Assembly (NCBI GenBank): GCA_050084985.1
Contig: JBITNC010000001.1
Coordinates: 133,858,001-133,922,000 of the forward strand
Source: Nageia nagi
Lineage: Eukaryota > Plantae > Pinophyta
Length of the DNA stretch: 64,000 nt
Direction of reading: 5' to 3'
The notes beneath the pieces are model-generated. The model worked only from the letters and a program-made list of their open reading frames with translations. It made no database searches and was not told the origin of the DNA. Shown one piece after another: positions 12,901-27,900 of this stretch; the stretch's first letter is position 1; each line of letters begins with the position of its first letter. The position numbers and the translations under genes are program-made.

Positions 12901-15900
12901 AATTTATATACACAGTTATAACTACTAAGCAATTAAATTACTAATTATTACTATTACATTTGATACCTTGCATCCTAGCACATGATGTAATACCTAATAA
13001 TAAACCGTATTTTCTAATATTGAATATATCTGAGAAAGTCATTACGAGAGCAGCCTGAAATTCAACTGTAACATTGATATGAAATTCAAGTCATATAACC
13101 ATGATCATTTGTTACAATTTTGCATCACTTCAACATAATGCATACAGACCCAAAATCAAGATTACTTTGGCAAATCATTTTGCTACAATTATTATAGCAT
13201 GGAAGACTTACAAAGTATTAAACGCAAATTACAGAGTTTACCGAGGTATAAAAATATAGCCTAAATTGCAGAGAAATGTTAATGCTCGTTCTATGCTTCT
13301 TACATAGATCTAATGAACTATATCCGTCAAGTTTCTTAGTATTCACTATTATTTTTGTAAATTAGTTTCTGAAGTCATCTAATAGGTCAATAGGATTACC
13401 TTGTTCCATCCCCAACCATATAATTGCCCATTTATATCTAAAGCCATAGTATGTCGCCAACCCCCAGATATCTGTAAACAAAGCTGAACATTACTGAAAG
13501 AGGTATACAACTAAAAAGAGAAAGAAAGAAACAAGATCTAAATATTTTACATTAAGCAGTAAAGCTATAAACTATGACTGATGGAAAAGACAAATATTAA
13601 TACACAAACCAGTCTCTATTTGTCATCTTGACATAATTATTTGTTTTCTTAAGAGATCTAAAAAAGAGGTTTCAAACTATTCCGCACACCCTTACATAAA
13701 TATGGCAATTAGACTGTCGTTGCTTAATAGTTTTCCATTCAACTAAATGTTACTCTCACTTGAACCTATTAATCACATATTTACCAATGAAGAAGTTGTT
13801 CTAGTACTATACCAGAGTCTTCTTTTTGGTAAAGGTAAATATTTAATATAAGATGGGTCTAAGCTGAGCAAGACTATATACTGACTTATCACGGTTATTT
13901 CACCATACACCCTGTCACAAGCAGAATGCATATAAAGATATTTGCAAAAGATTTTGTCTAAAAGAACAAGATCTTTATTCTTATTGTCAAAGCCATTAAA
14001 TCAGGTACAAAAATCCTAACATAGAAACATATAGCATCAACCACTTAAAACTGAAATATGATAAAGGATAAATAGACACAGCAGTAATCAAACAAATGCT
14101 GACATTTAATCATATCAATACAATTTTCAGAGCCCTCCTTCCTGTTGGAGGCTTTTTCTTTCCTACCTTGCTAATGGGAAAATGAGCTAGCAAGGCTTGC
14201 AAGAAGACACCAACACCTAAGTGATAGGGCATGACCCCTACCCGCTATGTTTGAAGTTGTTCCCAACTCAAATATAATTTGTTAACCAAGGACTCGAAGG
14301 GTCCTTGTCTCTAGCAAATAGTTGTTTCTCAAAAAGAAAAGGAAAAATAGGTTGCGAAAGCCAACTAGTACAGGTTTTAAGAATCAACTTCTCACGGGCT
14401 TGTCATGGGTTCCACGCACTCCGAATCCACCTTACTAGTCAACAACATGAGTGACCTAGCAAGAGGAGCTTGACGCTAAGGCGGTGATGATAAATGGTAA
14501 GATGTGGGTAGAGCTCGGACGAGGGAGTGAAGTTCCTATGTTAAGCGACATATGAGAGCCATCTCAAAGTGTACAAGTCTATACTGCAAACTATGAATTG
14601 TTATACAACCATGCATTTCTTGAAATACTTCTAAAAGTGTTCAAGCACTCTTTTGTCTACCTTAAGCAAGATTTACAAAATGTACCAAGTATTCAAGACA
14701 ACACAAAGTACTAACATCCGTTCACATTCATAGTTCCAAATGAGAGCAGTCACCATTCAATTACTTGAAATATATCATATTCATAAATTGAGGAAACTTG
14801 CAAGCTTGAAAGTATGAAGTAAATGTCCCATTTGCAAAAATGTCTAATCCCCTACAAATGAGCCCAAATGGGCTATAAATAGTTTTTCTTGGCAACTCTA
14901 AGTGTTGCCCTAACCCTAATGCATTTTACGAGAAAATACAAGTGGTCCAATCACAGATCACCACATGGTGTTACAAGGTTTCTTTCAAACTTGCGGGAGC
15001 AAATCTTCATCCATCACAAGTTTGGGAATTAAATAATAATATAATAAAGTATTTTGGTAAAAATAAATGTCATTTTCTAGGAAATAAAAATAAACTAGAA
15101 AATTGTGACTAAGATGACGATGGGCCCCAAGCCCGTAACACGTTCCTCGAAAGCTTTGTTCTTTTTGAGCGAACCTCCATTCCTTTGTTGATTATCCCAA
15201 GGATATGCAATATACAACTAAGAGAACAATTACCCTTCCGTGATCATGCCCTAACTCGATTTTTAAGGTCTCCAAGACCCCATCAAAAATAGTCCTTTCA
15301 AGATTTCTCTGAATACTCATTTTCCTTGGAAAATTCTAGGCTTGGAAGAGGAAAAAGGAGAATTCAATTTTTTTTCCAAAATAAGTCCTTGCTCTGTATC
15401 CAATATCAAAACAAAATTGATTTCCTAAAAGTTTTCCCTAAGACCAAATAAACCATCATGTTTGAGGCTTGTGTAGTGATGTAGCTGCTGAAAATGCTTT
15501 ACATTCCATTAAGTCTAAGTAACTACACGCAAAACTAAACACCAAAGTCTCGTTTTTCTTGTTAAATATCTTCTAGATAATCTAGGATTTTAAGTATGTA
15601 CTAGATATTATATCTGTCCTCACCCAAATCCTTCACAAGATTTTACTAGCAAAACTTCTTTCAACTAAAAAGAAATTTATTCTGGAAACTTCACTATCAT
15701 GCCACAATTTTTTTATAAATGGGGTCTATTGTGACTAACACAACACGCCCCAAACACCTACGATTTTGGGGACCTTAACGCCTTGGTCAAGCGTCATCAA
15801 ACCTAGAGAGTTTGTCTACCCAAACCTAATGCTCACCATCGCACCAAGAACTAAACGTCACACCTTCCCCGATTCTAGACATAATAGGTCAAGTCTGGAG

Positions 15901-18900
15901 ACAAGAAGGTCAAATTAGGTGTAATTAGGGAACCCAGGGCAAGCTCAAAGTCAAGGGAAAAGAGGAGCTCCAAAAAGGCTAGCATATGCCTCCAAGACTC
16001 TTGTTCTTGACTTTTTCTGGCATGCTTCTGGAGGAGTATGCCATCCAGGACAAGTTCGAAGCCAAACCAGTTGAAGGCAAGCATCCAGGAGACTAGCGCA
16101 TGCCCCTGAAAGACAAATTTGCCAAATTTTTTGGGATTTGCCAGGTGGAAGAAGTCTTTCTAATGAAGTTTGGGACCAAGTTGAGCAAATCTAAGCCACC
16201 AAGAAGCCAACCCAAAAGGAAAAAAAGAAAAAATCTTGTCTTTTACTGGCATGCACCTAACCAAAAAGGCCACCAAAGTTGCGTTCCACCAGGGAGAAGT
16301 CAAATTGGGTCTCCTAGGAACCCAGCGTGCACCTCCAAAAGACAAAATCTTGTCTTTTTCTGGCATGCACCTAGCCCAAAAGGAGGTCCAAATGACCTTG
16401 AAGGTGAAAAATGACTAAGGCATGAACATTCAAGCTCGAGATCAGGCATACAAGGGTCCAAGAGGGCTACCCCATGCTTCCAAAAGATAAAATTTTGACT
16501 TTTTGTGGCATGCACTCAAGCCCAGGAGGAGCTCAGGGTTGAGGAAAAAAGGTTAAATTTGGGTAAGTCTTGCACTCGGAGGCCTGAAACAAGCAAATCT
16601 GGGCATTAAGAGGTAAATGCATGACTCAGAAAGACAAAATCTTATCTTTTTTTGACATGCGCTCAAGCTACGATGATTGACAGAATGGGTGCAAGCGAAA
16701 AAAAGGACAAAAATTTAACTTTTTGTAGCATGCACCCAACCTGGGAGGGAACCAGGAGGAGTTCGACGTAGAAGGTTGACAAGTTTGGCTTCTAGAAAAG
16801 ATGAAATCATGAACAACCTAATGCTAGAAAGGTGCCACAAGGATGAAAGAGACGAGTTGTGGAGCTCAAGAAGCTCTCACTGGGATGACTGATAGCCTCA
16901 AGTTGAGCGCATGGAATAAACAGACAAAATTGTCTTTTTCTCGCATGTACCAACCCAGGAGACTCCCTCATTCCCCTGCGCCAAGTGTTAAGCTGGAGGG
17001 TTGCAAATTCAAGGTTGGATGCATCTGGAGGATTGCAAATTCAAATCATTCTCTCTTAAACGTCTATGCCAAGGAGAAGGAAAGAACTAGAGTGCCATGA
17101 CAAATAAATCCTTTCCAAATTCTTTAGGGTGACCTGAGAAAACCTTCCTCCTCCCTTAGCTAAAACGATCACATCAAGTACCTAAATGGCAGAGACAAAC
17201 TCCAAGGCACCAGAGAAGAAGCTCAAGACGAAAGAGGTAGTAACCACCAACGATGCCTCATCAAGTCAGAAACCCAGGATTGACCTTGCAACCTCAATAA
17301 AAGCATTACACAAAGATCCCAACCAGAAGGTAGAAGATGAATCTATTGGAATGTATAATGCATTATTGTAAAGGTTGTATTAAATCTTCTATGTAACTTC
17401 ACTAATACTTAAGGGTATCATTTGATACCTTAAGTATTTTAATGAATATAATAATGAAACAACTTGTCCTACACTCGATGTCATGAGCATGCCCCTTGGG
17501 TCAAAGGATGTGCATGTCATGCTTAGGTGATCCAAAAAGGGATTTTGGCATATAAATAAAAGGCTCCCTCTTTGTAATAATACACCAATTGTGGAGTAAA
17601 GTTAAGTTATAGGATAGAAGTGTAGGAGTTGAAATTAGGAAGATTGTAAGAGAGTTGTATTTGTGATTGAAGTAAAGATCTAGTTAATGGATGTACTCCT
17701 ACTTGGAGGAACCGCTTTACATCTTGAGTTACTTTGTGAGATTGTCTTGTTCGTGAAATTGTTGGATGTGAATTTGAGAGCTTTCATGTGATCTTAGTAG
17801 TTTAGGATTGTTCTTGTTATAGTTCAATTCTTTCATTTGGTATCAGAGCTCTTAGGTTGGAGGCTCTTCTTCACATCCTTGGTGTGAAAGCTCTTCTACA
17901 ACTTGATGATCTTCATACCTGATCTCTTCAATTCATTGTTGAGGTAAAAATAAGAAAAGGTGTAACCCCATATAACCTTTTTTTCTCTTATTTTACTAGT
18001 GTCAATAACAGATCTTGAATTATGTGTTAGCATTTTTTTGTTGTTTGTTAAATATGGCTAAAATTTTTTTTACTAAACGCTAATGAGAATGTTAATATTA
18101 TTATTATTTTTTTTTTAAAAGGAAGGGTTAGTATAGAAATTATAATATTATTAGCCATTGCTTATTAAAAAGGGTGTATTTTTTTATATGATGAGAAGTT
18201 TTTTTTTGACACAAAAAAGGCTATTCTCAGCTTTGTAAGTAAAACCGTCTATTAAAATTTGCAATAAAATTCTTGACAAAGCAATTTTTTGATATACAAA
18301 TGAATATCAAAGTGGCGGTATTCAAAACAAAAAAACTCTATGTCGGTGGCCTCCTCCCCATCGCTATTCCTCGAAGCTTGCCCTCCACCACCACCTCGGC
18401 TCATTGTCGACGGAGTCCGCCCAAACATCTATCCTTAGCTCAGCCCCCCTTCCTACCGCCTTCTGCATCATTTTTTTATTCCCCCTCGTACCTTATAGGC
18501 CCCCATCACCACTATGCTACATGCCTTTAAGGACGGTGAGCAAGGTGACTCGATTTGGTTGTCTTGCCCCTCACGCTTGTGGAGTGGCTCCTATGCACGT
18601 ACGATACTTGATCTCCTTACGGGACCTCGCCCGACCCTTGCAACTGTGTTCGGCCTTGCTTTGCTCCTCCGTATCCGACCATGGCTCCCACTGACAACTA
18701 CTGGCCAGTACGAACACCGGCCAACTTGGATCAAAGTAGTTCAATGATGGCGTCCTAGGTAGGCACTCTCTTCGAATGCCTCACTGAAAGCCTAAGATGA
18801 TACCACGCATTCAATAACACCTCCATTGGATCTGGCTTGCCCAGCAATGGTCCCGCCTTTGCCAAGGCTTTCAGAACTCTTTCTTTCTGCCCGCTAGATT

Positions 18901-21900
18901 CGATCCCTGCATTTAGGCCCAAGATCCTTCCTCGGCAAGAGAGAGTGGCGTCGACACCCCTCACCACCGTCATCACCCTCTGCTCTTCTCGTCTCGGCCT
19001 GAGATCCTTCCTTCCTTTTTGTTTCCAACCGCCTCTTTTTTGACCAACATCTAGTTTTTGTTTTTGAACAAATACGTACCTCATGCACTAATTTTCCATA
19101 TTGCTTACCCTTCCTCTTTCATTTCCTGCACCTAGACCTTTTAATTCTTTGCAATGCATATACTCTAGGTCTACATCTATTTTCATGTCAATTTTTGTTA
19201 TTCATAACAATTTGCATGTCTATTTTTTAAGTGTTGATAAAATTTTATGTCAAAGTATGGAATGCTTATTACTTTGACTTTCTTAGATTACTTAATTTTT
19301 TAAGTTAATAAGACATGCTTAGAGCTTAATTTTTTTTAAGCTAATAATGCATACTTAGAACTTAATTTTAAATTGAAGTAATGCATGATTATTACTTAAG
19401 TTATGATGACTTTTTCATGCAAATTAAATAAATAATGCATGATTTATACTTAACCTTTTAAAGTTAAATTAATACTTACTTCTTGCTTATGCTTAATTTT
19501 TAAGTTAATGCTTAGACCTTATTTTTAAGATGCATGAATGCATGTTGAGTATTTATCCTTATGAAAACTATGGAATGGACTTGTGCAAATTTTGAGTATA
19601 TGTAAATGATGTTCTTTAGGGGTTAGTAAACAAAACCCATTGGACACTTAGGGTTCAAGTTATGAATGATGTTTTATTTATGCTCTTTTATTTCATGTTT
19701 CGTACTTTGATTTATTTGCTTATGCAAACAAAAACGCAAACATTGATATGAGCAAGCCCCTAAAATGAACACATCCGCATGTAAATTCCGCAACGACTTG
19801 TTTGGGAAGCCATGCGGACTGGAGCCTTTAAGTCCGACGATCCAAATGGTGAAAAGTTTGTACTGCTTAATTGCCCCCTAAGTCCTCTGTTGGTTTGGAT
19901 TTAACTCCAATAGGTGGATAGGTATGTGTGTAGTGATACCACATATCCGCACGTCCATTCAGGGATTATCCTGATAACCTAAGAGAACAACTTGAAACCT
20001 AATCAAGATTAATAATTTGGCCGATCCAATAGACATTGGAACCTTGGAAAATAGCTAGTACTTCTCCTTGTGAAAGGATATTGCTGCCCAAAGGGAACTG
20101 GTTGAGGATTAGTAGTACTTGGGCTCCTCTTGTGTGGGCATCCAAGTGAAGGCCTAATTTTAGACAAGAAAACAAACCTCAACAATATCACTCTACATCT
20201 ACGATTCTTGCGATGAGAAATGTATTTGAGTACATGGGTTATTATTTGAATTACATTTGCACTTGTGAATCAAATCAAGTATGTCTTTAGTGTTAAATGT
20301 AACATATATTATTTACTTGGTTTATTGAAAACACATGCTTGTTATTTCACATGTTTTATAGTAAATGGGAGAATCCTTTTTACCCAAACACATTCTTGAT
20401 AGTGCCAACTATGGGATTTGGGAACCTCAGATGAAAGCCGAATTGCAGGCAAGGAAGCTATGGTAAACAGTGAATGAGAATCTTGTACCTCCTATAGATG
20501 AAAAGGCACTAGAGGCTTACGACATAAAGAATGAGTTGGCAACCTCCATGATTTACCGTGCAATTTCAGATGATGTGCTCCTGATGATATCCTCCTCAAC
20601 CTCAACAAAGGACGCATGGGATAAGCTAAAGCAAATCTATCTTGGTTCAATCTTTTCAAAAAGGTTTACCATTTCCCAAAAGTTGCTTCAATCTCGTCAA
20701 CAGGAAGATGAAAGTGTGGCTATCTACTTGAACAAAATCATTGACCTAAGGACCCAACTTGTTGCTTGTGGGTGCAATAGGATCAATGATGAGTTCATAG
20801 TTTTCATCATTCTTCAAAGCCTCTCATCAAAGTTTGGAAACTTTGTAACAGTTATGGAAACAAGGCCTGATGATGAAAAAGAAGTCATCTCTTTTGAGAA
20901 TCTTTCTATGCACCTATTCAAGAATGAGGAAACCCTTAACAATAAAGGGTTGATCTCTTCTCCTAAAGATAATAACGTTGCTCTTGGAGCAACAACTCCT
21001 TTCAAAAAGAAGTTCAACCATCAAAAGAAATCGTATCATTCTTCCTCCAAAAGGTTTGAGGAAAAATGTAATGGCTACAACAGCAACAGGAACAACAAAA
21101 ACAACAAACACAGCAACGGGAACAACTGTAACAACAATCAGTACAAACAAACAGATGGAAAAGGCAAAACAAACACTCCTTATCCTATGAAAAAGTTTGA
21201 TAGCAATTGTAACTATTGTGACGTGCATGGTCACAAAGAAGTTGATTGTTCCAAAAAGAAAAGAGGAAAAATACAAAGACAATGGAAATGTAAAGAACTA
21301 CAAAGGAAAGAAAAATACTCATGTTGATTTTGCTGCGGCACTCTACTCCATGTCTCGCACTTTTTCATCTGAATGGATTGTTGACTCTAGTTGCACTAAT
21401 CACCTATGCTTTGAAAAAGAAAAGATTAAGAACTTTCACAAGTATAATAAGGATGCATTTGTGATAGGTGATAACTCTACCCTTGAAGTCCAAGGAATTG
21501 GAAGTGTGCTAATTCACGGAAAACTTCTTGAAAATGTTCTCTATGTTCCTAAGTAAAGGGTGAACCTTCCCTCCGTGATCCAAGTTGCTAGGAAAAGGTA
21601 CTTTTTTGAATTCAACTCCCAAAGCTAATGCATTAAGAGAGGACTTGCCACTTTGGTTAAAGGATCTGTAAAAGATAACCTTTACATTGTGAATCAAGTT
21701 CCATCAAAGATGTGTCTTGCTTCTAGTGTGTGTTCTAAAGGCAATCTTTGGCATCATCGTTTAGGGCACCTTAACCATAAGAGTATTCAAATCATGAAAG
21801 CCCAAGAACTTGTGAAAAGTTTGCCTTCAATTTCTCCTTCGGTTGGTCTATACGAGAACTACATTCCTGGCAAAATGCATAAACAAAAGTTTGAAAAAGA

Positions 21901-24900
21901 TAAGGCAACAAGAGCATCTCAACTTCAACTAATGCATTTAGATTTGATGGGTCCATTTCAGACTAAACCACTTGGAGGAGCATCTTATGTCTTGACCTTT
22001 ATTGATGACTTTAGTAGGATGACCTTTGGGTATCTACTTATGCACAAAGATCAAACTTTTGAAAGTTTTAAGGTTTTTAAAGCCTTTGTTGAGAATCAAA
22101 CTAACCTTAAAGTCAAAATGTTGAGATCAGATAATAGGGGAGAATATACAATGAGTTTAATGACTATTGTGCTAAGTATGGAATCAAGAGGCAATTTACA
22201 ATTCCATACACTCCTCAGCAAAAGAGTGTTGCCGAACGGAAAAATAGAACAATCATGGTGATGGCTAGATGCATGTTGGGTAATCTTCCTAAGTTCCTAT
22301 GAAGTGAAGCTATGAGCATTGCTATTTACACCTTGAATAGGTGTCCTACAAAAGCTGTTCAGAGTAAAACTCCTTTTGAAGCATGGTTAGGAAGAAAACC
22401 CAATATTTCTCACCTTAAGGTGTTTGGTTGTGAAACTTTCTCCTACATTGTTTCTGAGAAAAGGAAGAAGTTGGACAAAAGAGCTGAAAAATGCATCTTT
22501 GTGAGTTATGACAGTCAACATAGAGGATACAAGCTTTACTCTCCCATCTATAAAGCAATATTCATTTCAAAGAATGTAAAGTTCAATGAACTTCTTGAAA
22601 AATCTGCTTCTAACGAGGATGTTGATGATCCAAAGGACTCTTCAGTTGCTCCTAACTGGTTGGATATTGATGTAGATAAGTCACCACAGAAACAAAATTC
22701 TCCAACATAAAGGGTAACAAGGAGCATGACCTTGAACAAATCCTTAATTACTAAGATTGACAACAACCATGAGCCCTCAATTTATAAAGAAGCTTCTAAG
22801 CAGAAGTGCTGGATGGAAGCCAAGAAAGTGGAGTATGAAGTGCTTATGAAAAATAAAACTTAACACTTGGTTCCTTATCCCAATGATCAGAATATTAGTA
22901 GCTAAAGGTTTTGCTCAGAAATAAGGTATAGATTATGAGGAAACCTTTGCTCCCATGGCAAAAATGCCTACTGTGAGAGTTCTTCTTGCTATTTCTGCAG
23001 CTCAAGGATGGAAAGTTTTCCAACTTGATGTCAAGAGTGCATTTTTCAATGGTGACTTGGATGTGGAACTCTTCATGAATAAACCAGAAGGGTTTATTGT
23101 AAAAGGTAAAGAGTCCTTTGTGTGCAAGCTAAAGAAGTCTTTGTATAGACTTAAGTAAACACCTAGAGCCTGGTACAGAAAGATTTCAGAATACTTTGCA
23201 GACATTGGATTCTTCAAGTGTTTTTCTGCCTCCGATCTATATGTGCTCAATCAAGGAAAAGACGTGGTCTTGATTCTCCTTTATGTGGATGATCTTTTGA
23301 TTACTGGAAACAATGATGAAATCATCCAAGAGTGCATATCCAAACTTAAGGCAACGTTTAAAATGATTGATCTTGGTCTCTTGCACTACTATCTTGGAAT
23401 GCAAGTGTATCAATACACGGATTGTACTTATCTCAGTCAATCTAAGTATATATCAGATATCTTGCAGAAGTTTGGAATCGAGGAGTGTAGATATGCTGCA
23501 ATCCCAATCTCTCCTAGAATCACTATTTTTCTAAGCTCCAACTCTCAGTTAGCTGATGCTACCACTTACAGGCAATTAATTGGTAGTCTTTTGTATTTGA
23601 CTATCTCCAGGCTAGATATTGCCTTTGCAATGAATCTAATGGCACGCTTCATGCACAAACCTTATGTTGAGCACCTCAATGTTGTTAAGCATATTTTGAG
23701 GTATGTTGCAGGGACTAAGGATCTTGCTCTCAAGTATTCCAAGTTGCCCTCCTTTGTTCTCTCTGAATTCTCAGATTCTGACTATGAAGGAGATAGAGAT
23801 GACCGGAAGTCAACCTTTGCGTATGTGTTTAGCATTGGTTCAGGTGCTATCTCTTGAGTTTCCAAGAAACAACCTACTATTTCTCTTTCCACCATAGAAG
23901 CTGAATATTATGCCCTGTCTCTTGCAGCCTAGAAAGCCATTTTGCTAAGGCATCTTCTGAAAGAAATTGGGTATGAGCAAGGTGGCTCATCTTTGATCTC
24001 TTTAGACAATCAGTTGGCTATTTCTTTGGCTACGAATCCAGTGTTCCATCAGCAAACAAAACATGTGGAAATCCATGCCCGTTTTGTCAAGGAGAAGGTT
24101 CTTGATGGCATCATACACCTGGAGTATTGTCCATCCACCTTGAACTCCGCTGATTTGTTCACCAAGCCCCTCCCGGAAGCTCAGTTCTGTAAGCTCAAGG
24201 ATGCTCTAAAGTTGGTGAAGTTGCCCTCAAGGGGGAGTGAAGTTTGAAGTTTGAATTCTTATATTGAATTCATGTTTGTGATGACAACTTCACCCCTAGG
24301 AGGATTTTGTGCCGTATAGTGTTGATTTTGTTGTACACCTTCGTGGTAAGTTTGCTCTGCGTGAGAAACTTGTTGTACAAATTGGCCAATTTTGCATTGT
24401 TCAGTTATCCATATGTGAAGAACTTGTATCTGCATACTCTATTTTTTAATCAATCTTGCACTATTCAGTTATCCATGTGTGAAGAACTCCTGTGTCTTTT
24501 GGCACTGTTCAGTTATCCATATGTGAGGAACTCGTATGTGCATACTCTATTTTTTTGGTCAATCTAGCATTGTTCAATTATCCATATGTGAGGAACTCTT
24601 ATGTGTCCTTTGGCACTGTTCAATTATCCATATGTGAGGAACTCGTATGTGCATGCTCTATTTTGTAATGATAATCAACACATGGTTTATATACAACAGG
24701 TGACTATAAGTTTTTGGCATGGCATCTTCGTGATGACTTATAGTGCACCATTGATCAGTTTATGATGGCATTTGTGTGATTCATCTATCCTTGTTGACAT
24801 GAATATGATGCATCTAACTAATCTACTTATTTAAGTTGCTTATGACTTGCAGGTTCCTTTGAGATTGCAGGTTGCTTACCTCAAGTATGCAGGCTCTTGG

Positions 24901-27900
24901 AGACTCTTCATGACTTCCAGTTGGATGACTACTTCATGTACATTGAAACCGATTGTGGTTAATGATTGTATTTGGCAAAGAAATCAGTCTCAAACTAGAT
25001 CTTTCTTACTTCACAAATATGTAAAAAGTTCTTATCTCTGTTGTATCTATTTGGAGGAGAACTCTCTTACTTTCTCATCTTCTTCTCTCTTACTCGTTCT
25101 ATCCCCATATTGCATTAAGGGGGAGTGTTGGAATATATAGTGCATTATTGTAAAGGTTGTATTAAATCTTCTATGTAACTTCACTAATACTTAAAGGTAT
25201 CATTTGATCCCTTAAGTATTTTACTGAATATAATAATAAAACTTGTCCTACACTTCATGTCATGAGCATGCCCCTTGGGTCAAAAGATGTGCATGTCATG
25301 CTTAGGTGATCCTAAGAGGGATTTTGGCCTATAAATAGAAGGCTCCCTCTTTGTAATAATACACCAATTGTGGAGTAAAGTTATGCTATAAGATAGAAGT
25401 GTAGAAGTTGAGATTAGAAGGATTGTAAGAAACTTGTATTTGTGATTGAAGTAAAGATTTAGTTAGTGGATGTACTTCTAGTTGGAGGAACCACTTCACA
25501 TCTTGAGTTCCTTTGTGAGATTGTCTTGTTGGTGAAATTGTTGGATGTGAATTTTAGAGCTTTCATGTGATCTTGGTAGTTTAGGATTGTTCTTGTTATA
25601 GTTCAATTCTTTCAAAATCCACAAAGATGCATTATATAAGCAAGTTTGTTTTCAAGTTCAATAATACACTTTCTGTCACCAGAGTCTTCCTGAACAAAGA
25701 TTCGATGAAATCTCAAGACTTAGAGGTCCATAGTCTAAAGACTGAAGTTGGTGAAGTTAAAACAATTGGGACAAAGAGAATCTAGGATGTCACCAAACTC
25801 ACCAGGGAACTGGATGAAAGCCAAGAGAAATGAAGCCCTGAAGGAGAAACCACATCTCCCAATCCAAATCATCTCCAAGACAAGGTGGTCACAGACGGAC
25901 AAGGGCATCTTAAACAAGAGAATGAAGAAGGCTTTGGGCCAAGTGTTACAGAAGCAAAGAAGATGGACATGTCTAAGTGCACCTAAAAAGCATAGAGGCG
26001 TGATGTTGCAGTTGCAACAATTTTATTTTGTTTCAATTTATTTTAAATTTGGATTTTAAAGACTTATTAAACAGTACAACCTTGTGACAGATGAGGATTT
26101 GCTCCCACAAGTGCTGGAAAAAATATTGTAATGCCATGTGAATTTTCATTGAACCACTTTCAATTTTCTTGAAATTAGCATTAGGGTTAGGGCAACACTT
26201 GGAGTTGCAATGAAAAACTATTTATACCCCTCGAATGCTCATTTTAAAAGGGGATGGAATTTTTGGATGTGGTCATAAATATTTGCTAATAAATGAGTAG
26301 AATAATTTTTCCTATCAAGAACTTGTCTATTACGAATAAGGCATGATTTTTAAGTTGAATTGCACAACTCCATTTCTATGTTACTATGCGCTTGGATATG
26401 TAATGTTATCATTGATGTGTGTTGCTTAAATACTTGGAACATTTTACAAACCTCTTGAGAGGTGGGTGAAAGAGTAGTTGAATATCTTTTCGAAGTGTTG
26501 AATGTGATAAATAGTTAATGATTGTTTATAGTAAGCAACTAGACTTGTATAACTTTGAAGTGTGTTTCCCTATGATGTTTAACATGAGAGCTTCATCCAC
26601 ATGTTGAGAGTGTCATCCTTGTGCTCCCTTAGATGCATGCTCCCCTCACTAGACCATTCATGTCATTGGCTGGTGTGAGTGGATATTCCTACTTTTGGGA
26701 CATTCATATTGTGGATGCGTGGAACTCAAAACAAACCCAGAGGAACTTGGCATTCAAACATTGTACCAGACGATGGAGCTTGATGTAAAGAGCTGAACTC
26801 ATAAGTCCTTAATCCATTTCCAATTTTCCTTCCTACACCTTTTTCTTTACTTTTCATTTTTTCCACAGCTTTCACACCCCCTTTTATTTATTTATTTATT
26901 TACAGTATTTAAGAAACAACCCTTGTCTAGACACTAAGACAATTCGAGTCCTTAAGTAACAAATTTTATTTGAGTTGGTGTCAGCTTCAAATATCCTAGC
27001 CAATCTCTGCATCTTGTTCTTGCACATCCATCCAAGAGACCTTTGAGGTAACCAGTCCTCATAGCAAGAGTAAAGCCCTTCCAACTAGGTGTTGGTTTCT
27101 TTGTGAGCCATGCAACTTATTTGCCCATTAGCAAGGTAGGAAAGAAAAACTACCCAACAAGATCAACTTCATGAAAACCTACCAAGGGTCAAACCCTTCC
27201 AAACATTGTTGTAACGAAGACTTGAACTCTAAAATTATGTAAGGAATGTTTCTTACATGAATATGTGTTATGAAATACTCCATGTCAAGATTGGAGGTTA
27301 CAAAGAGTGATAGAGAAGATTTGTAGCCTTAAAACCAAATTCTCAGCAATTGAATGTAGTCATGTCCACCATGAAGAAAACAAGATAGTGTATACACTGG
27401 AAAACTAGACTTTCCAAAGTGGAGACTTAATCTACTATCCAAACCCTCCCAGATGATGAAGTCAACCAATCAAGGAAGATCTTTACAGTATTTTATGCCT
27501 TGATGATAATCATATTGATCCAAGTATTTCATGATTCAAAAGACCTTATTAGATTCATGTCTAAGTAAAATAACTCAATGTAATTAGAACATTATTATCA
27601 ATCATCTACAGAACTCTGGATGAATGCCCTGTTTGCTTGGAAGGGCAGAAGATATAAATTACTTGATCACTTTAACTATTACAAAGCTTTTTACATAAAA
27701 AAAAAGAATATGTATGTTATAAAATATGTTTAATTAAACTAACGAAATATCCAACATAGACTTCAGCTTTTCTAGTAAAGATGTGCTAACCCTACCAATT
27801 GACGATCACGTATTGGAGTCCATAAGAACACATTCCCCCGTTTTGGGAACACCTTGGGGAATGTTTTTTTGGCATTCCTTGTTTTTGGGGAATGAACCAG

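Larger units (their letters stand above)
17344..25614 (+). mobile_element. Full-length degenerate Ty1/copia LTR retrotransposon (8.27 kb)
   Basis: Two ~490-bp LTRs, PBS, PPT, gag-PR-INT-RT-RH domain order, TSD gaatc/aaatc. Confidence 0.96.
15727..27159 (+). mobile_element. Giant-LTR family type P, copy B (about 3.2 kb net), with a shortened ORF and a nested copia element
   Basis: Starts tattgtgactaacacaac and ends aactacccaaca. Degenerate TSD gggtc/agatc (two G/A transitions). About 8 palindromes at 15980-16950. The ORF remnant at 17186-17343 resumes at 25620. Confidence 0.8.
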
